Below, in pieces: positions 16,677-29,716 of a DNA stretch of 64,000 bases. How positions within the stretch are numbered: position 1 is the stretch's first letter; each line of letters starts with the position of its first letter. The position numbers and the translations under genes are program-made. The DNA comes from the human T2T-CHM13v2.0 reference genome, Homo sapiens: the NCBI RefSeq assembly GCF_009914755.1, contig NC_060926.1. One strand, 5' to 3'. The notes under the pieces were generated by a model. That model made no database searches, was not told the DNA's origin, and saw only the letters and a list, made by a program, of their open reading frames with translations.

Positions 16677-17948
16677 CATTTTATTTTATTTTATTTTTCC
16701 ATAAGTTATTGGGGTATAGTTGGTATTTGGTTACATGAATAAGTTATTTAGTGGAGATTTGGGATAACCTGGTGCACTCATCACTCGAGCAGTATACACT
16801 GTAGCATATTTGTTGTCTGTCATCCCTCGCTCTCTTCCCAACCTTCCCCCTAAGTCCTCAAAGTCCATTGTATCATTCTTATGCCTTTGCATCCTCATAG
16901 CTTAGCTCCCACATATAAGTGAGAACATACGATGTTTTGTTTTCCATTCCTGAGTTACTTCACTTAGAATAATGGTCTCTAATCTCATCTAGGTCATTGC
17001 AAATGCTGTTAATTCATTCCTTTTTATGGCTGAGTAGTATTCCATCACACATATATACCAGAGTTTCTTTATCCACTCATTGATGGGCATTTTGGTTGAT
17101 TCCAAGACTTTGCTATTGGGAATTGTGCTGCTATAAACACCTGTGTGCAAGTATCTTTTTCAAATAATGCTTATCTTCCTCTGTGTAGACACACAGTAGT
17201 GGGATTGCTGGATTAAACTTTTAGTTCTTCAAGGAATCTCCACATTGTTTTCCATAGCAGCCATACTAGTTTATATTCCCACCAGCAGTGTAGAAATGTT
17301 CTCTGATTGCCGCATCCATGCCAACATCTACTTTTTTTGGTTCTTCAATTATGACCGTTCTTACAGGAGTAAGTTGGTATCACATTTTTGATTTGCATTT
17401 CCATGATCATTAGGAATGTTAAGCATTTTTTCAAATGTTTCTTGGCCATTTGTACATCTTCTTTTGAGAATTGTCTACTCATGTCCTTACCCCACTTTTT
17501 AATGGGATTGATTGTTTTTTCTTTTTCTTGCTAATTCATATTTGTTCATTGCAGATTCTGGATATTAGTCCTTTGTCATATGTACAGACTGTGAAGATTT
17601 TCTCCCACTCTGTGGATTATCTGTTTACTTACTGCCCCTTTTGCTGTGCAAAAGCTCTTTAGTTTAATTAGGTACCAGGTATTTATCTTTGCTTTTATTG
17701 CAATTGTTTTTGGGTTTTTGGTCATGAAATCCTTGCCTAAGCCAATGTCTAGTAAGGTTTTTCTGATTTTATCTCCTAGAATTTTTATAGTTTCAGTTCT
17801 TAGGTTTAAGTCCTCAATCCATCTTGAGCTGATTTTTATGTAAGGTGAGAGATGAAGATCCAGTTTCATTCTTCTACATGTGGCTAGTTAATTATCTCAG
17901 CACCATTTGCTGAAAAGGTTGTCGTTTCCCCCACTTTATGTTTTTGTT
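16677..17948 (-). mobile_element. 5'-truncated L1PB (L1PB1-like) inserted in the 3' end of the host L1MA
   Basis: ccataagttattggggtatagttggtatttggttacatg is the reverse-complement 3' end. ORF 17576-17869(-) is ORF2p-like. TSD AAG(T/C)ATCAACTA at 16665 and 17949. Confidence 0.9.
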
Positions 17949-18165
17949 AAGCATCAACTAAAAATTAAAAAAAAATTCCCACAAAAAATTTCATGGGGGA
18001 AACTCTTGCATTAAAATATGACTTATGTTATTATGAATTTGAAAATTGATTTGCTAAGACAGTTCTCTTTATTTGTCGTATTGTTTGTCTATAATACGAA
18101 GACTTTCTGGATCAGGCATATTAAGATTCATGCTTCAAAAGTGTCTTTCCTTTTGAATAATAGTG

Positions 18166-18909
<744 letters not shown>

Positions 18910-20383
18910 TTATATAGATTTCAAAAAAATGTTATCTTGTCCTAAAAAGATCATAAAGTTAGAAAAGTTACTTACATTGTTCAGACTATTTTTTGTAATA
19001 AGTCATTGGAATAAGATTGTTTCTGTCCTGAGTCCAGAAAACTTTTCACACATGAATTCCAATTTTCCATCATATCTTTGAATCCCTGCTCTAAAAGTAA
19101 TCTAGTGATGCTTTCCAATAGTAGAAAGAATGACTCTCATGTTTTGAAGTACTGTGTTTTAATGATTCCCACATTTGACACATTTATCTCTATGCATCAG
19201 CAATAAAACAGTGAACAGCCTAAACATAGCTCTTGCCATCACAGTATGTATAATATTGCAGAAATAAATTTGCTATTAAAGGTGTTAGCAACTAATTCCA
19301 TGGAAGCAAATGAAAAAATGTGCTGTTTTGGTCATCATTCCAAGAGGACTTTGTTCAAATTCTGCTTCATTATTCTGAAACCCTTTTAAAGATCTATTTT
19401 CTTTTTTGGCTTGGGGAAAAAATAAAGCTAGAAATAAATTGTGACTATTAACTATGGTTATCAATAAAAATAATATTCATATATACAACAATCACATGGT
19501 ATAAGAAACTTATGTATTTATAAACCAATAATATTTTGATTCATCTATTATTGCAGCAAAATCTGGCTGATCATCGCTGTTACACCATGTTATAATGTAC
19601 TGATATTAACCAAGAATTCCACATTCTAAACTCAATAATATAAGTGTGTCTTTTCAGAAATCTGTTCTTTCTTCTCTACATCCTGAAAATTCCATCCACT
19701 CATAATATTATTTCTTTACAATATTGGAATTAACTAGTAATTTTGGAGGGGATGTTAGCGTATGCCACAGCCTAGAATCATACTGGTCATAAGACATTCA
19801 AATACTTTCCAATTTTAGAAGCTTATCTTAGAATGTGGAGGCTCATCTTAGATAGAAGATATGGATCATCTCTTATGGAGTATCTTCATCTTTATTATAA
19901 ACACATAAATGCTGTTTTAATTCTGAGATCTCACTAAGTTTGGACTTTAGACATTCTATTATCTTTTAGTTTTTCAAATGCACTGCCTTCAGCTTTATGT
20001 GCCATATGTGGTTATATAGTGAATTTTACAGATTCTTGCCACTTTCTACATACCTTCACCTCCCATCAATGTTTTTGCCAATTATTTCTAAAATTTCACT
20101 TTATCTGTTTTCACAAAACAATTGGCAGATACCAAGTAATGTATAGCATTGATTTTTGTCTTATTTATAATGACCTTTAGGTTCTCTTCCAAAGCTTCTG
20201 GAATCTAAAATCCTACATACCTCCCTTGGGCACTGCCTCCCTACTCTGCCACTTTCACCTGAATGTAGGTGAGACATTGCTATGATCAATAAGCATAGAA
20301 ACACTACACTCTCTTCAATTAGGTCAATCCTCTGAACACTGAGAAACTATTATATTAACAGGTCTTAAATTAAACATTGTAAA

Positions 20384-20615
20384 AAGAGCTACCACATATT
20401 GAGAGTGTGATACATACTTGACATTTAGCTAAGCCTTATAATACATTATTTTATTTAATACAATAATTGCATTAGGTACTATTAATGTGCCATGTTGTAT
20501 ATAGAAAAATATGGCCCCCAAAGAGTAAATAGCATGTCCAAAGTCATGTAAAACAGAATTGGGAGAGGCAAGCTTAAATGTGCTTGCTTCTGAGTTTATA
20601 ATCTGTACCCTTACT
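20384..20615 (-). mobile_element. MIR
   Basis: Decayed core: ttatttaat...taggtactatt...catgttgtatatagaaaaatatggc...tgtccaaagtcatg. Confidence 0.55.
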
Positions 20616-21329
20616 CATTAATTTAGCCTGCCTGTCTCTCCTAGTACTGACCCTATGTTAACATTCTTTCCTAACAGGCTACTCAGTTTCACACCCTAAT
20701 TGAGTCTTGGCTAGGTACTCAACTGATCTCTTAGACATCCTCAGATATATCTGAATTCCAGTAGTTAACAGACTGTAAGCTCAAAAAAATTAAATTACAA
20801 CTAAAAATTTGTGCAGAATTTAGAGATGCCCTAAAGTAATTGGAAATATTCCACATGTCACCAAACTGGGGCACAGAGTTAATTGAAGAATATTTTAATA
20901 GGGTTAAATTTATTCAGTGAATTTTGATGATAAATAATTTAAACACACTGGATTTAGCAGCTTAAAATGTTATTTTTTCCTAGGATTTTAGATATTCTTG
21001 AAACTCCATGTAAGCAGACACAATTAAAAACAAAATATATTTCACACTCGATAACTTGACATAATGAAGAGTTACAAACTATTTCATTTCTTTTAGATCT
21101 GGATTTTAAATATTTACCATCACATTATTAAAACCCGTCACATACAGACACACACCCCTATATATCTCCCAAAATACAGAAAAACAAAAATGTAAAAATA
21201 ATCTATAACAACACAGTGTAGAAATTTCAATTAGTTTACCTGTATTGATATTTATATCATTTAGATGATGGAGCTGAACCTAACCACAGTATTTTGTGGA
21301 ATGATCTTTAAATACATTTTATTGTATTT

Positions 21330-22530
21330 CAGAAGCCTCCACATGCCTCTTCCTCATCCTTCTTCATCCTTCCAGGAGTAATTTACTAATGCAACATTTA
21401 TGACCTTTACTTCGCTATTATTCTTAATCATTTTATTAGTATTTAAACAAAATTTGGACTTTGTTTAAATGTAATCAAATTGCACATGTTCTATTGTTTC
21501 TGATCTCTCTCTCTCTCTGTCTCTCTCTCTCAATATTATGTCTGTAAGACTCTTCCAGGTTTGTGCTTACTTATGCAATACTTTTATTTCTATGACTGTA
21601 GTTATAGCTTTCCATATCAATATACTATTATTTGCTTCTTCCTTCTATGGATATTAGAAGGTTTATTTCCAGCCTTGGGTTATTTAGGCTGGAAATAGGG
21701 TTTAGGGTTCTTTCCAGTCTATTTAAATATATTTATTAGACTTATATTAGAAATATAATTAGACTTATATTTTAAATTATATATTTTAAATATATATTAT
21801 ATATTTAATTTTAAATATATAATTTAAAATATAAGTCTATCTATATTTATATATATTTAAATATATTTAAATTAAATTATAAAATTTATATATATTTAAA
21901 ATATATAATTAAAATATATAATATATATTAAGTATAAAAATATATAAAATATATTTTAAAAATAAAATTAAAATATATAAATATATATTTAAAATATATA
22001 ATTTAAAACATAAGTCCAATTATATTTCTAATATATATTGATATATTAGAAACAATCCTATTGTTATTATCCCTTGAATGCTTATGGATACTTAAAAACT
22101 TTCATTCTTGTGGTATATATTCTCAAGCATAGAATTGTAAATCAATAGGATTTGCTTATCTTCTGCTTTATGAGATACTACCTAACATTTTCAGATTTTA
22201 CATTATTTATTGGCATTATATAAGAGTTTTCTTTGTTCCACATTTACCCATCATTTGTTCAGATTGCATAATTTCTACAAATCTCTTGGGTATATGATGG
22301 TATCTCACTGTGATTTAAATTTGCATCTACCTGATTCCTAACAAGGTTGAGAATATTTTCATCTTTCTTAGACATTTGGGGTTTCTTTCTTATAAAGTGG
22401 CCTTTTAGATTCTTTAACAATATCTTCATTTGTCTTTGCTTATTGATAAATTAGTATATTCTGAATATAAAGTTTTTTTTCTCTTTTATGAATTGCAAAT
22501 ATATTTTCCATGGTGTGATTTGCCTTTTTA
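21330..22530 (-). mobile_element. Ancient L1ME-like 3' region, antisense, containing the AT-rich palindromic block
   Basis: gggtatatgatggtatctcactgtgatttaaatttgcatctacctgatt...aaggttgagaatattttcat (22288-22362). Confidence 0.65.
21664..22052. repeat. Nested inverted repeats in near-pure AT sequence
   Basis: IRs: 21664-75/21686-97 (12 bp); 21760-86/21813-39 (27 bp perfect); outer arms starting at 21743 and ending at 22035 (>50 bp, 2 mismatches); 22025-36/22041-52 (12 bp). Confidence 0.9.
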
Positions 22531-23463
22531 CTTCACCTGGTCTCAGTATAAAAGGCAACTAGGCATTCCAATGCAAAATGTTAAGGTTCATCTTTGCAAA
22601 AAAAAAAAAAAAAGAAATAAAAGAAAGAAAGAATTCTTATACAACTCTATAAAATAAGAACATATGTCCATATAACATTCTAAAAAAAAAAATAAGCCAC
22701 AAGCAGGGAGAAGATATTATAAAGCATATACCTGTTATATAGCTAATAAAATATATATGTTACACACACACGTGCGTGTAATATATATAGTTATTTTATA
22801 TACATGTATATATGTGTTTTATGTGTGTGTGTGAATATAATCTTACAAATCAGTAAGAAAAAAAAAACTAAAAGATTGACTGGGGACACTACCAGGAATG
22901 TAAATGGAAGATGAGACACAAGTAATTTACAAATATGAAATTAAAACTTTAACCACAAACACAATAAGAAAAACAAAAGAGCACAGTGTCACTGGCATTT
23001 TTTTCCTTCCTGTTAGCCTTTTCTTTTAATATTCAATTGTATAAATGTAAGGTGAACCATAAAAAAGCAGAGATGAATGAATCAGTCAGTTGAAAATATA
23101 AAATACATATAAAAATAAGTTAAAAGTGTATAAAATATTATAACATAGGCCTTTTCACTTTGGATTTCTCCATAAAAATATCAGAGAGGGGGGTTGAAAC
23201 ATTCCCAAATTATAACAAAAAACTAGGAAATCAATATTCATCCAAAAGAAATCAACAGATTATTGGTATACTCAGTATTACAACACAGATATCCATAGAG
23301 TTAATAGTAGTTCCAAGTTGATGTATTATTACTCAGTGGATTCTGAAAATAAGACAATACAACTCTGGCAGTTTCAGCAACACTCTATAGATGCTCAATA
23401 TAGTAGTGTTAGCAATCAGCTGACTCCTGACTCAACTGTGACAGCATGTAAGGAAAACCATGA

Positions 23464-23976
23464 AATTTCAAAAATTACTTGGATGATGTTTCATGGAGTT
23501 TCAGTATCACCAGTGGACACCAAAGCCAGAAAAACTAGAAGCCTTATTCTATCTTATTCCCAAGCTGGTAAAGTTTAGTGTACCAGCACTGATACTTTTG
23601 ATATCCTATCGAGGACTATTGAGAGAAAATGATCCATTTGCACTGCAGACCAATCACTACTGGTAATAACCAGGAATGCATTCTCATCCTGATCATCAAA
23701 GCTGTGTCACACAGATCAACTCCCACATAGGCTGTGCCAATCTTCATAGTATAAACCAAACAAAAAGGGAAAAATGGTAACACTACTGTATTTTGATACT
23801 GGTATTAAGGTCTTTCTGTATGGGATACAGATAGTGAAAAATGCATGATGCATAATCTGATCATGAGAAAATAATGATATGCTTGCATTTTGGTTGAACT
23901 CTCTAGTATATCTGAGTGCCATTAACGCATGAAAGTATATCAATCAAGAAGTGTTCAGGGAGTATATGTAGAGACA
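23464..23976 (+). pseudogene. Decayed F-box/WD40 (FBXW2-like) coding relic, N-terminal part
   Basis: Colinear motifs across frameshifts: NFKNYLDDVS; QWTPKPEKLEALFYLI; SQAGKV*; ILSRTIE; NAFS.DHQS.LCHTDQ; W*HY; DHEKIMICLHFG; MKVYQSRSVQGVYVET. Compared with recalled FBXW2 and FBXW7 proteins. Confidence 0.55.
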
Positions 23977-24004
23977 TCATAAACAATAAATTGAAATCCC
24001 TTGG

Positions 24005-24671
24005 AAAAATCAATTAAGATCTTGAGGAACCAGGCAATGGAATGCAGACTGTGACAAGTGAATCTAACTGTATTACAAATCTATGGCCTAAGTTCACTGA
24101 AAGATGTGGGGAAAAGGGTAATGATCTATATGAAACTGGAAAAATTGTGTTTTGATGAGATGATGTAAGACTAAAAACATACAACCAAAACCTGTATTTA
24201 AATAGTATTTTATTTTCACAAGGGTATGGGTTAGCAGTTCTTAATCTATATGCATACTAACATTGAACAAGTACATAAATAGTAGATATGAGAACGATGC
24301 TTATACTGTCAGAAAAAGAAGTGGAAATACAGAAGTTGGGGGTGGGGGTCTGCTAGAATGATGATGTGGTGCTAAAGATAGTATGAACTCATGTTTATTT
24401 TCATATTCATACAGATTTATGTAAAATAATTACAGTATGTGTATACCTCGGTTAGTAATCTACATATATTTCCTAGTTATGTCTTCTCAGATGGTCTAGA
24501 AACAGTGACTCCTCAATGGCAATTAGCATACGAATGCTCATATCTTGGTGTAGAAATACCATTCTCCAATAAAAGGAACCAAGGCTTCTTGGAGAAATGG
24601 GTGATTCTAGGAGTTGGGCAAGAAAATAGAAGCTAAACCTGGCCTTGTTTAGGGCCAGAAAATAAAGACAT

Positions 24672-24724
<53 letters not shown>

Positions 24725-25630
24725 ATTGTGAGAGAAATTCAAAAGGACACAGGAGATAATCTGGAAAAGTTCTAAATGGGCAAAGGTAAAACCATTCAAG
24801 CAACAAATAAATAATGATAATACTGGATTATAACTCAAGAAATAAAATATCTATTGATCCATACTCATACAAATTAAAAAGTGAACAAAAATTAAGCTAG
24901 GAAGAAGGGGCAAATATATCTTATAGAACCATTCTAAATGATAGATAGCTCAACAGATAGATAGTCCCCACTCCAGAAAGCAGAGCTTACTTCTTCCTCC
25001 TTGAGTTAGGGGTAGACTTAGTGATTCAATTCCAAAAAATAGTATGTGAAAAATAAAAAAATAGTAACTTTACAGTTAAGAAACTTGGCAGATAGCGGCT
25101 TAACCAGTTGTCAAGGTTAATATTACCAGTGATCCGTCACGTTGATTTAATATGCCCCATGATATGATGCAATGAAAACCGTACTTCATCTCCTTGGTAT
25201 TCTTTCCCCAAATCCAATAACCTCAGACTAACCATGATAAAACATCAGACAAACCCCAATTTAAAGACATTCTACTAAGTACCTGACTAGTACTTGTCAA
25301 AGCTGTCAAGGTTACCAAAAACAAGAAAAACCTGATAAACTGTCGCAGACAGAGGAGACGAAGAAGATATGAGGACAAAATGCAATGTGGTAGCCTGGAC
25401 TGGATACTAAACAGAAAATAAACATTAGCAGAAAAATCAATAGAATAGGAATAGAGCCTGTAGTTACTAGTATTGTACCAATATTAATTGCTTAGTTTTG
25501 ACAAATATACTGTGGTTATACATGAGGTTAACATTAGGGGAAGTTGAGTGAATGATATACATGGATTCTACTTTGTTTTCAAGTGTTCCATAAATCTAAA
25601 ATTATCTCATAAGTTAAAGCTTATTTAAAA
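24005..25630 (+). mobile_element. L1MC (L1MC3-like) long 3'UTR
   Basis: ggaatgcagactgtgacaagtgaatctaactgtattacaaat; aaatgcaatgtggtagcctggactggat; gttaacattaggggaagttgagtgaa; taaatctaaaattat. Confidence 0.85.
24673..24720. repeat. (CA)24 microsatellite
   Basis: Perfect CA run. Confidence 0.98.
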
Positions 25631-25699
25631 ATTGTTTTTAAAGTAACTAATATCATTAAACAAGTGATAAAATAAGTGCTAATACCATAACTGAAGCCA

Positions 25700-26350
25700 C
25701 CATGCACCAAAAGCTGTGTATGTTGTTGGAATATTTGTGCTAATACTTGGAAGGCAAAGTTTTTGAGTTTGGATTAGTGTGTGGCTCAGAGCAGATGTAA
25801 ATGATATTAAATTCTCTAGGACCACACAATACTTTATGATCACAAGGCATCTTAGCCTAAGTGTCCATGTCTGATAACTTTAAATCATTTTTGAACCCAT
25901 GCCATGGTTAAGAAGGAAAAAAATTCTTCCATGTTACTGGAGTTTTGGACAAGACAGAGAAGGATGAAAGAATTAAATCTTCCGTAGTGAATTCAGCTGG
26001 GACAAAGTATAACAGGGGATACATAGACTTCAATAGTATCAAAGAAGTTCAGAGTTCACGTGGCCCCATAGAGATCCTCAGTTCTCATCTTAAGTAAAGT
26101 TAATAATAAAGGAAAAGTCGATGGAGAGTAAGCCATGAATTGGTGCCCAGATAGAGGCCTTTTTATTGTTTGTTTTAACTATGGATCAGCAATTCCAGGA
26201 TAGAATTGTATCACTAAAGGATTCTGAAATGAGAATTGTCCTGAGGACTCCCCAGAACACAGAACCCATGGGAAAGAAAATAAGAACCATGGGGATGACT
26301 TAAGGACCCACAATTTTGCTACCAGTCTGAGTGAAATGAGCATAAGCCAG
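25700..26350 (+). pseudogene. Decayed FBXW2-like coding relic, WD40 continuation after the L1MC insertion
   Basis: VCCWN (25718), GKVF-SLD* (25753-25777), LVCGS-AD (25774-25796); weaker VDGE* (26117) and FATSLSEMSI (26315). Same order as recalled FBXW2 VACWE, GAVFSVDY, LVSGSAD, FDGKY, FATSMPDHSI. Confidence 0.45.
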
Positions 26351-28607
26351 TCAAATAGAGCCACGTGGTTCTCAGAAAAAATCTTGCAGTCATTCAAGAC
26401 ATACTAGCAAGATGACCAGAGGAACATCTGAGCCATGACACCAAAGATATCAAACACAAAGTAATTATTGTCCTTTAAAAACAGGGGTGTGCTCCAGAAG
26501 CAAAGTCTAACATTCTGTGAAGCAGAAACACCCACAATATTTACTGGTTGCAAGAGGCTCTTTCTTGCAATATATAACAGCAAGAAAAAAACTGTCTCTA
26601 GTGTTTTGACACTGAGAGCTACTTTAGAGGCCACCCAAAAATACCACAGTCATGAGCCATATAGGGCCTTTTAATACATAAGGGTATGTAGTAGACACAT
26701 AAGTGACAATAGCACTCTGTTTCCTTAGGAAACTTTGGGACAACAAATCCAAGACAGCCACATGAGGACAGGTGCAGAGAAAAGGGCCGCCCATACCAAT
26801 ACTAACTTCTCATATTTTCCATCTTGGGGAAGCTCCAGAAATGAGAGCAGGTAAAAGCAAAATGGTTGTTCTGTAAGTTTTGGCTAAAAGGACTAGGAAA
26901 TTACATCCCTAGATAGAGGCAGTCTGTCACAGAGCTGAAAAATCCAATGGCGGAAAACATTTCAGAGAACTAAGAGGTTTGGGGAATGTCATCTAGGTTA
27001 ATAATTTATAAGGTCTCAATTATTAGTGTATTTCCAGAGACTCAAAGACAGATGCCAGCTCTTGGGCTCTGCAGAATCTAAAGCTGAATTTTTCAGAATC
27101 AGGATGAATCCTGCCTTGAGGCTAATAATTGAGGGAGCCACTAATGGAGTGAAAAAATCTCCGGGTTGATGTAGCTCCCCATAGGCCAAGCTGTGAAATC
27201 CACACAGTGATGACCCTGATGTGTCCACAGTGATATCACGCAAATACCCAGGCAGTGTGAAGACTCTGGAAGACAGTCTGTAGGCTGAGTCCAGAAGAAT
27301 CAAAGCGCACCAGTAAATGATTGTTCATTGTTCCATCTTCTGGGATTAAAATGTCCGAGGGTAAAGACGTTTCCAAGTAACTATAAAAAAATTTCTGAAG
27401 GGAAAAATGACTTGGGATTCAGGCTTTGTTTTAATGAAAAAGAGACAAATTAGGGCATACTTGGCATAGCACATAGTGGAGTACCTACCAGTATCTCATG
27501 AGACACAAACTACCAACTACTTAAATAATTTTCATAACCTAGCTTTATAAATGTGTTTGTTCAGTATTTGTAAATGATGGATTAATTACAAATGGCAGAC
27601 AATCTATCCAAAATCTATTATTTCTCCAGATTTGCTTTTAAACCTCTGATGTTCTTCAAATATTGAGCAGAGATGACTTTGTTTCAGAAAAAATGAACCT
27701 GGTCCCCTGCCTAACTAAGTTCAAGAGGAAGCAGCCTGGAAATTGAGACTTTTCAAGACAGCTTGCTAAAAGGTAATAGAGTTTTAGAAAAAGGTTTTTT
27801 TTTCTGCTTGATGAAACCATGCAACTTCCTACATTTGAATTCAAAGATCAAATGTTCAACACAATGTTTGGAGCATCCTTTTTAAATGTGAGGAATATGG
27901 CAAGAAAATTCATGAGATGTCAACCACATTCCTTAAGTAGAACCGTTGAATCAATTTGACACAACAGCAAATGCTAGCTTCCAAACTTTGTTAATTATGA
28001 AAATAAACCCTTGTTTATTTAAGCTTCTTCTTATTAAGTATTGCAGAGGAAAACATCTTTGGTAGGTGATAGATTGATACATGTAATGAACAAAGCTGTC
28101 AAAACAATTTTTAAAAGACATTTCTAATGTAAACTGAGTTTCCCAATTCTAGTTAGCCCATGGACACATATGGGATTTCATTGAATTCATGACTAATAAT
28201 TTTATGGTATTTAATTTTCAGGTGCATTGGAATAAAATTCACCCCTCACCTGCACACACAGACATCTGAGTGTAATCAAGAGCATGTTATTAAGTAATCA
28301 GAAATATAATAAATCCATTCTGAATCCCTCTGAGCAAAATTTCAATTTAACTTGGAATTTTTCTCCCACCACTGGTTAATGCTGTATCTGTGGACTTAGG
28401 ACCACTTACTATATTAAAACTACCAAATACCTTATTGTATGGAAATAAAGAATTCCTCTTTGTAATGTCTATAATATTCTGCAGAAGACACAAAGCAGTG
28501 CTTCTATGTGATGGCTTATGTTTTGGTAGTAAATATATTTAGTTTTCACTTATAAAAGTTTTGCTTTCATAGGAATCCAACATAAATCCAAAGAGGTTTC
28601 TTCTGAT

Positions 28608-28641
28608 GACCTCATGGCACAATAGGGTGTCTGACTTCAGA
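28608..28641 (+). pseudogene. 5'-half tRNA-Trp(CCA) tailless retropseudogene
   Basis: GACCTCATGGCACAA---TAGGGTGTCTGACTTCAGA versus tRNA-Trp GACCTCGTGGCGCAACGGTAGCGCGTCTGACTCCAGA; 12-bp TSD AGAGGTTTCTTC at 28592 and 28641. Confidence 0.8.
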
Positions 28642-29716
28642 GAGGTTTCTTCAGGAATCAATCCAAAAATAATTCATTCATAATTACCTACTTTTCAGCA
28701 ATATATATCTTGTCTTACTAGCAGTTCTTTGTTCTGGGTCACTTTTTCCTGAGGAAACCTAAAAGTATGAATCAACTGTTTTTCATTAATGTTGAGGTGT
28801 TAAGTCTAAAATCTGGAAGACCTGGATTTATTCAAAGATACATTCTGCCCATCAAATTCCAGCTTTCTTTTCCCATCTTCCTAGTCATTTCCCATCTCAT
28901 AAATTATCTAACTTCTTGATTAAACTTTTTATACACTTTTGAGACAAAATCTCTTGCTGTAGCTGCCCAAGGGAACAGAAGTCAGTCTCCATATTATAGC
29001 TTGAATAAAATAATGTTTTTTCCAGACCATATGGATAATCTCATATTAATTTCCATGTCTGACTCAACATTACCAATTTCCACAAAATCTTGCTGCCTCT
29101 CTCACTCATAACTAGACCAAATGCCAAATTAGGTCAACCTTGTTTCTCCAGGCTTGTGACAGATATTGCAGGTCTCCTATTCAGAATTTCCTTCCCAGAT
29201 TTCTAAATCTAAAACCCAAATCCAGTCATCCCAGATTTCTCTTCATATGCCTCACTAGTAAATCTATATAAGCTGAAAAAGCAGTCACTGAAAGGCTTTA
29301 TTTTACCTAATACTGATATTACCAAATATCTTCATATGTTTTCTTGTTTGATTGCTTATTTTTTTCATGTTTTACTTTGCTGGCTATATTGTATATGTAC
29401 CACTTAAAATACATTTCAGAAGTGGGTGATTAAACAATAAATCAAGAAATAAAGATAAAATTTGTTAAAGACAGCAAACATATTAACAGCAGAATCTGGA
29501 CTAGAATACATTCTGTTCTCAATTTGATTATCTTTCCATTGAACCATATTATTTCTTAAACCTTCAATAAGGATCCCTTTTATATTTTAAAATATTATTT
29601 TTAAATATTAATTCCATAAAAGAAACACAATTATTATTGTGTAAAAACTATTATTATGAAATAAGTATTATATTATTCTTTTTTAAAGTTATGCGATAAT
29701 AGTAATAATTATTATT

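Noticed and set aside
23318-23578. 86-aa ORF as a real gene; passing resemblance of this region to SPO11, RPTOR or myosin-V motifs
   Set aside because: Those were isolated 4-6 residue matches with wrong spacing. Only the F-box/WD40 reading gave many colinear motifs, and it needs frameshifts.
28700-29445. Possible very old LINE relic (L4/L2-like end near 29390-29440)
   Set aside because: Too degenerate to assign by eye.
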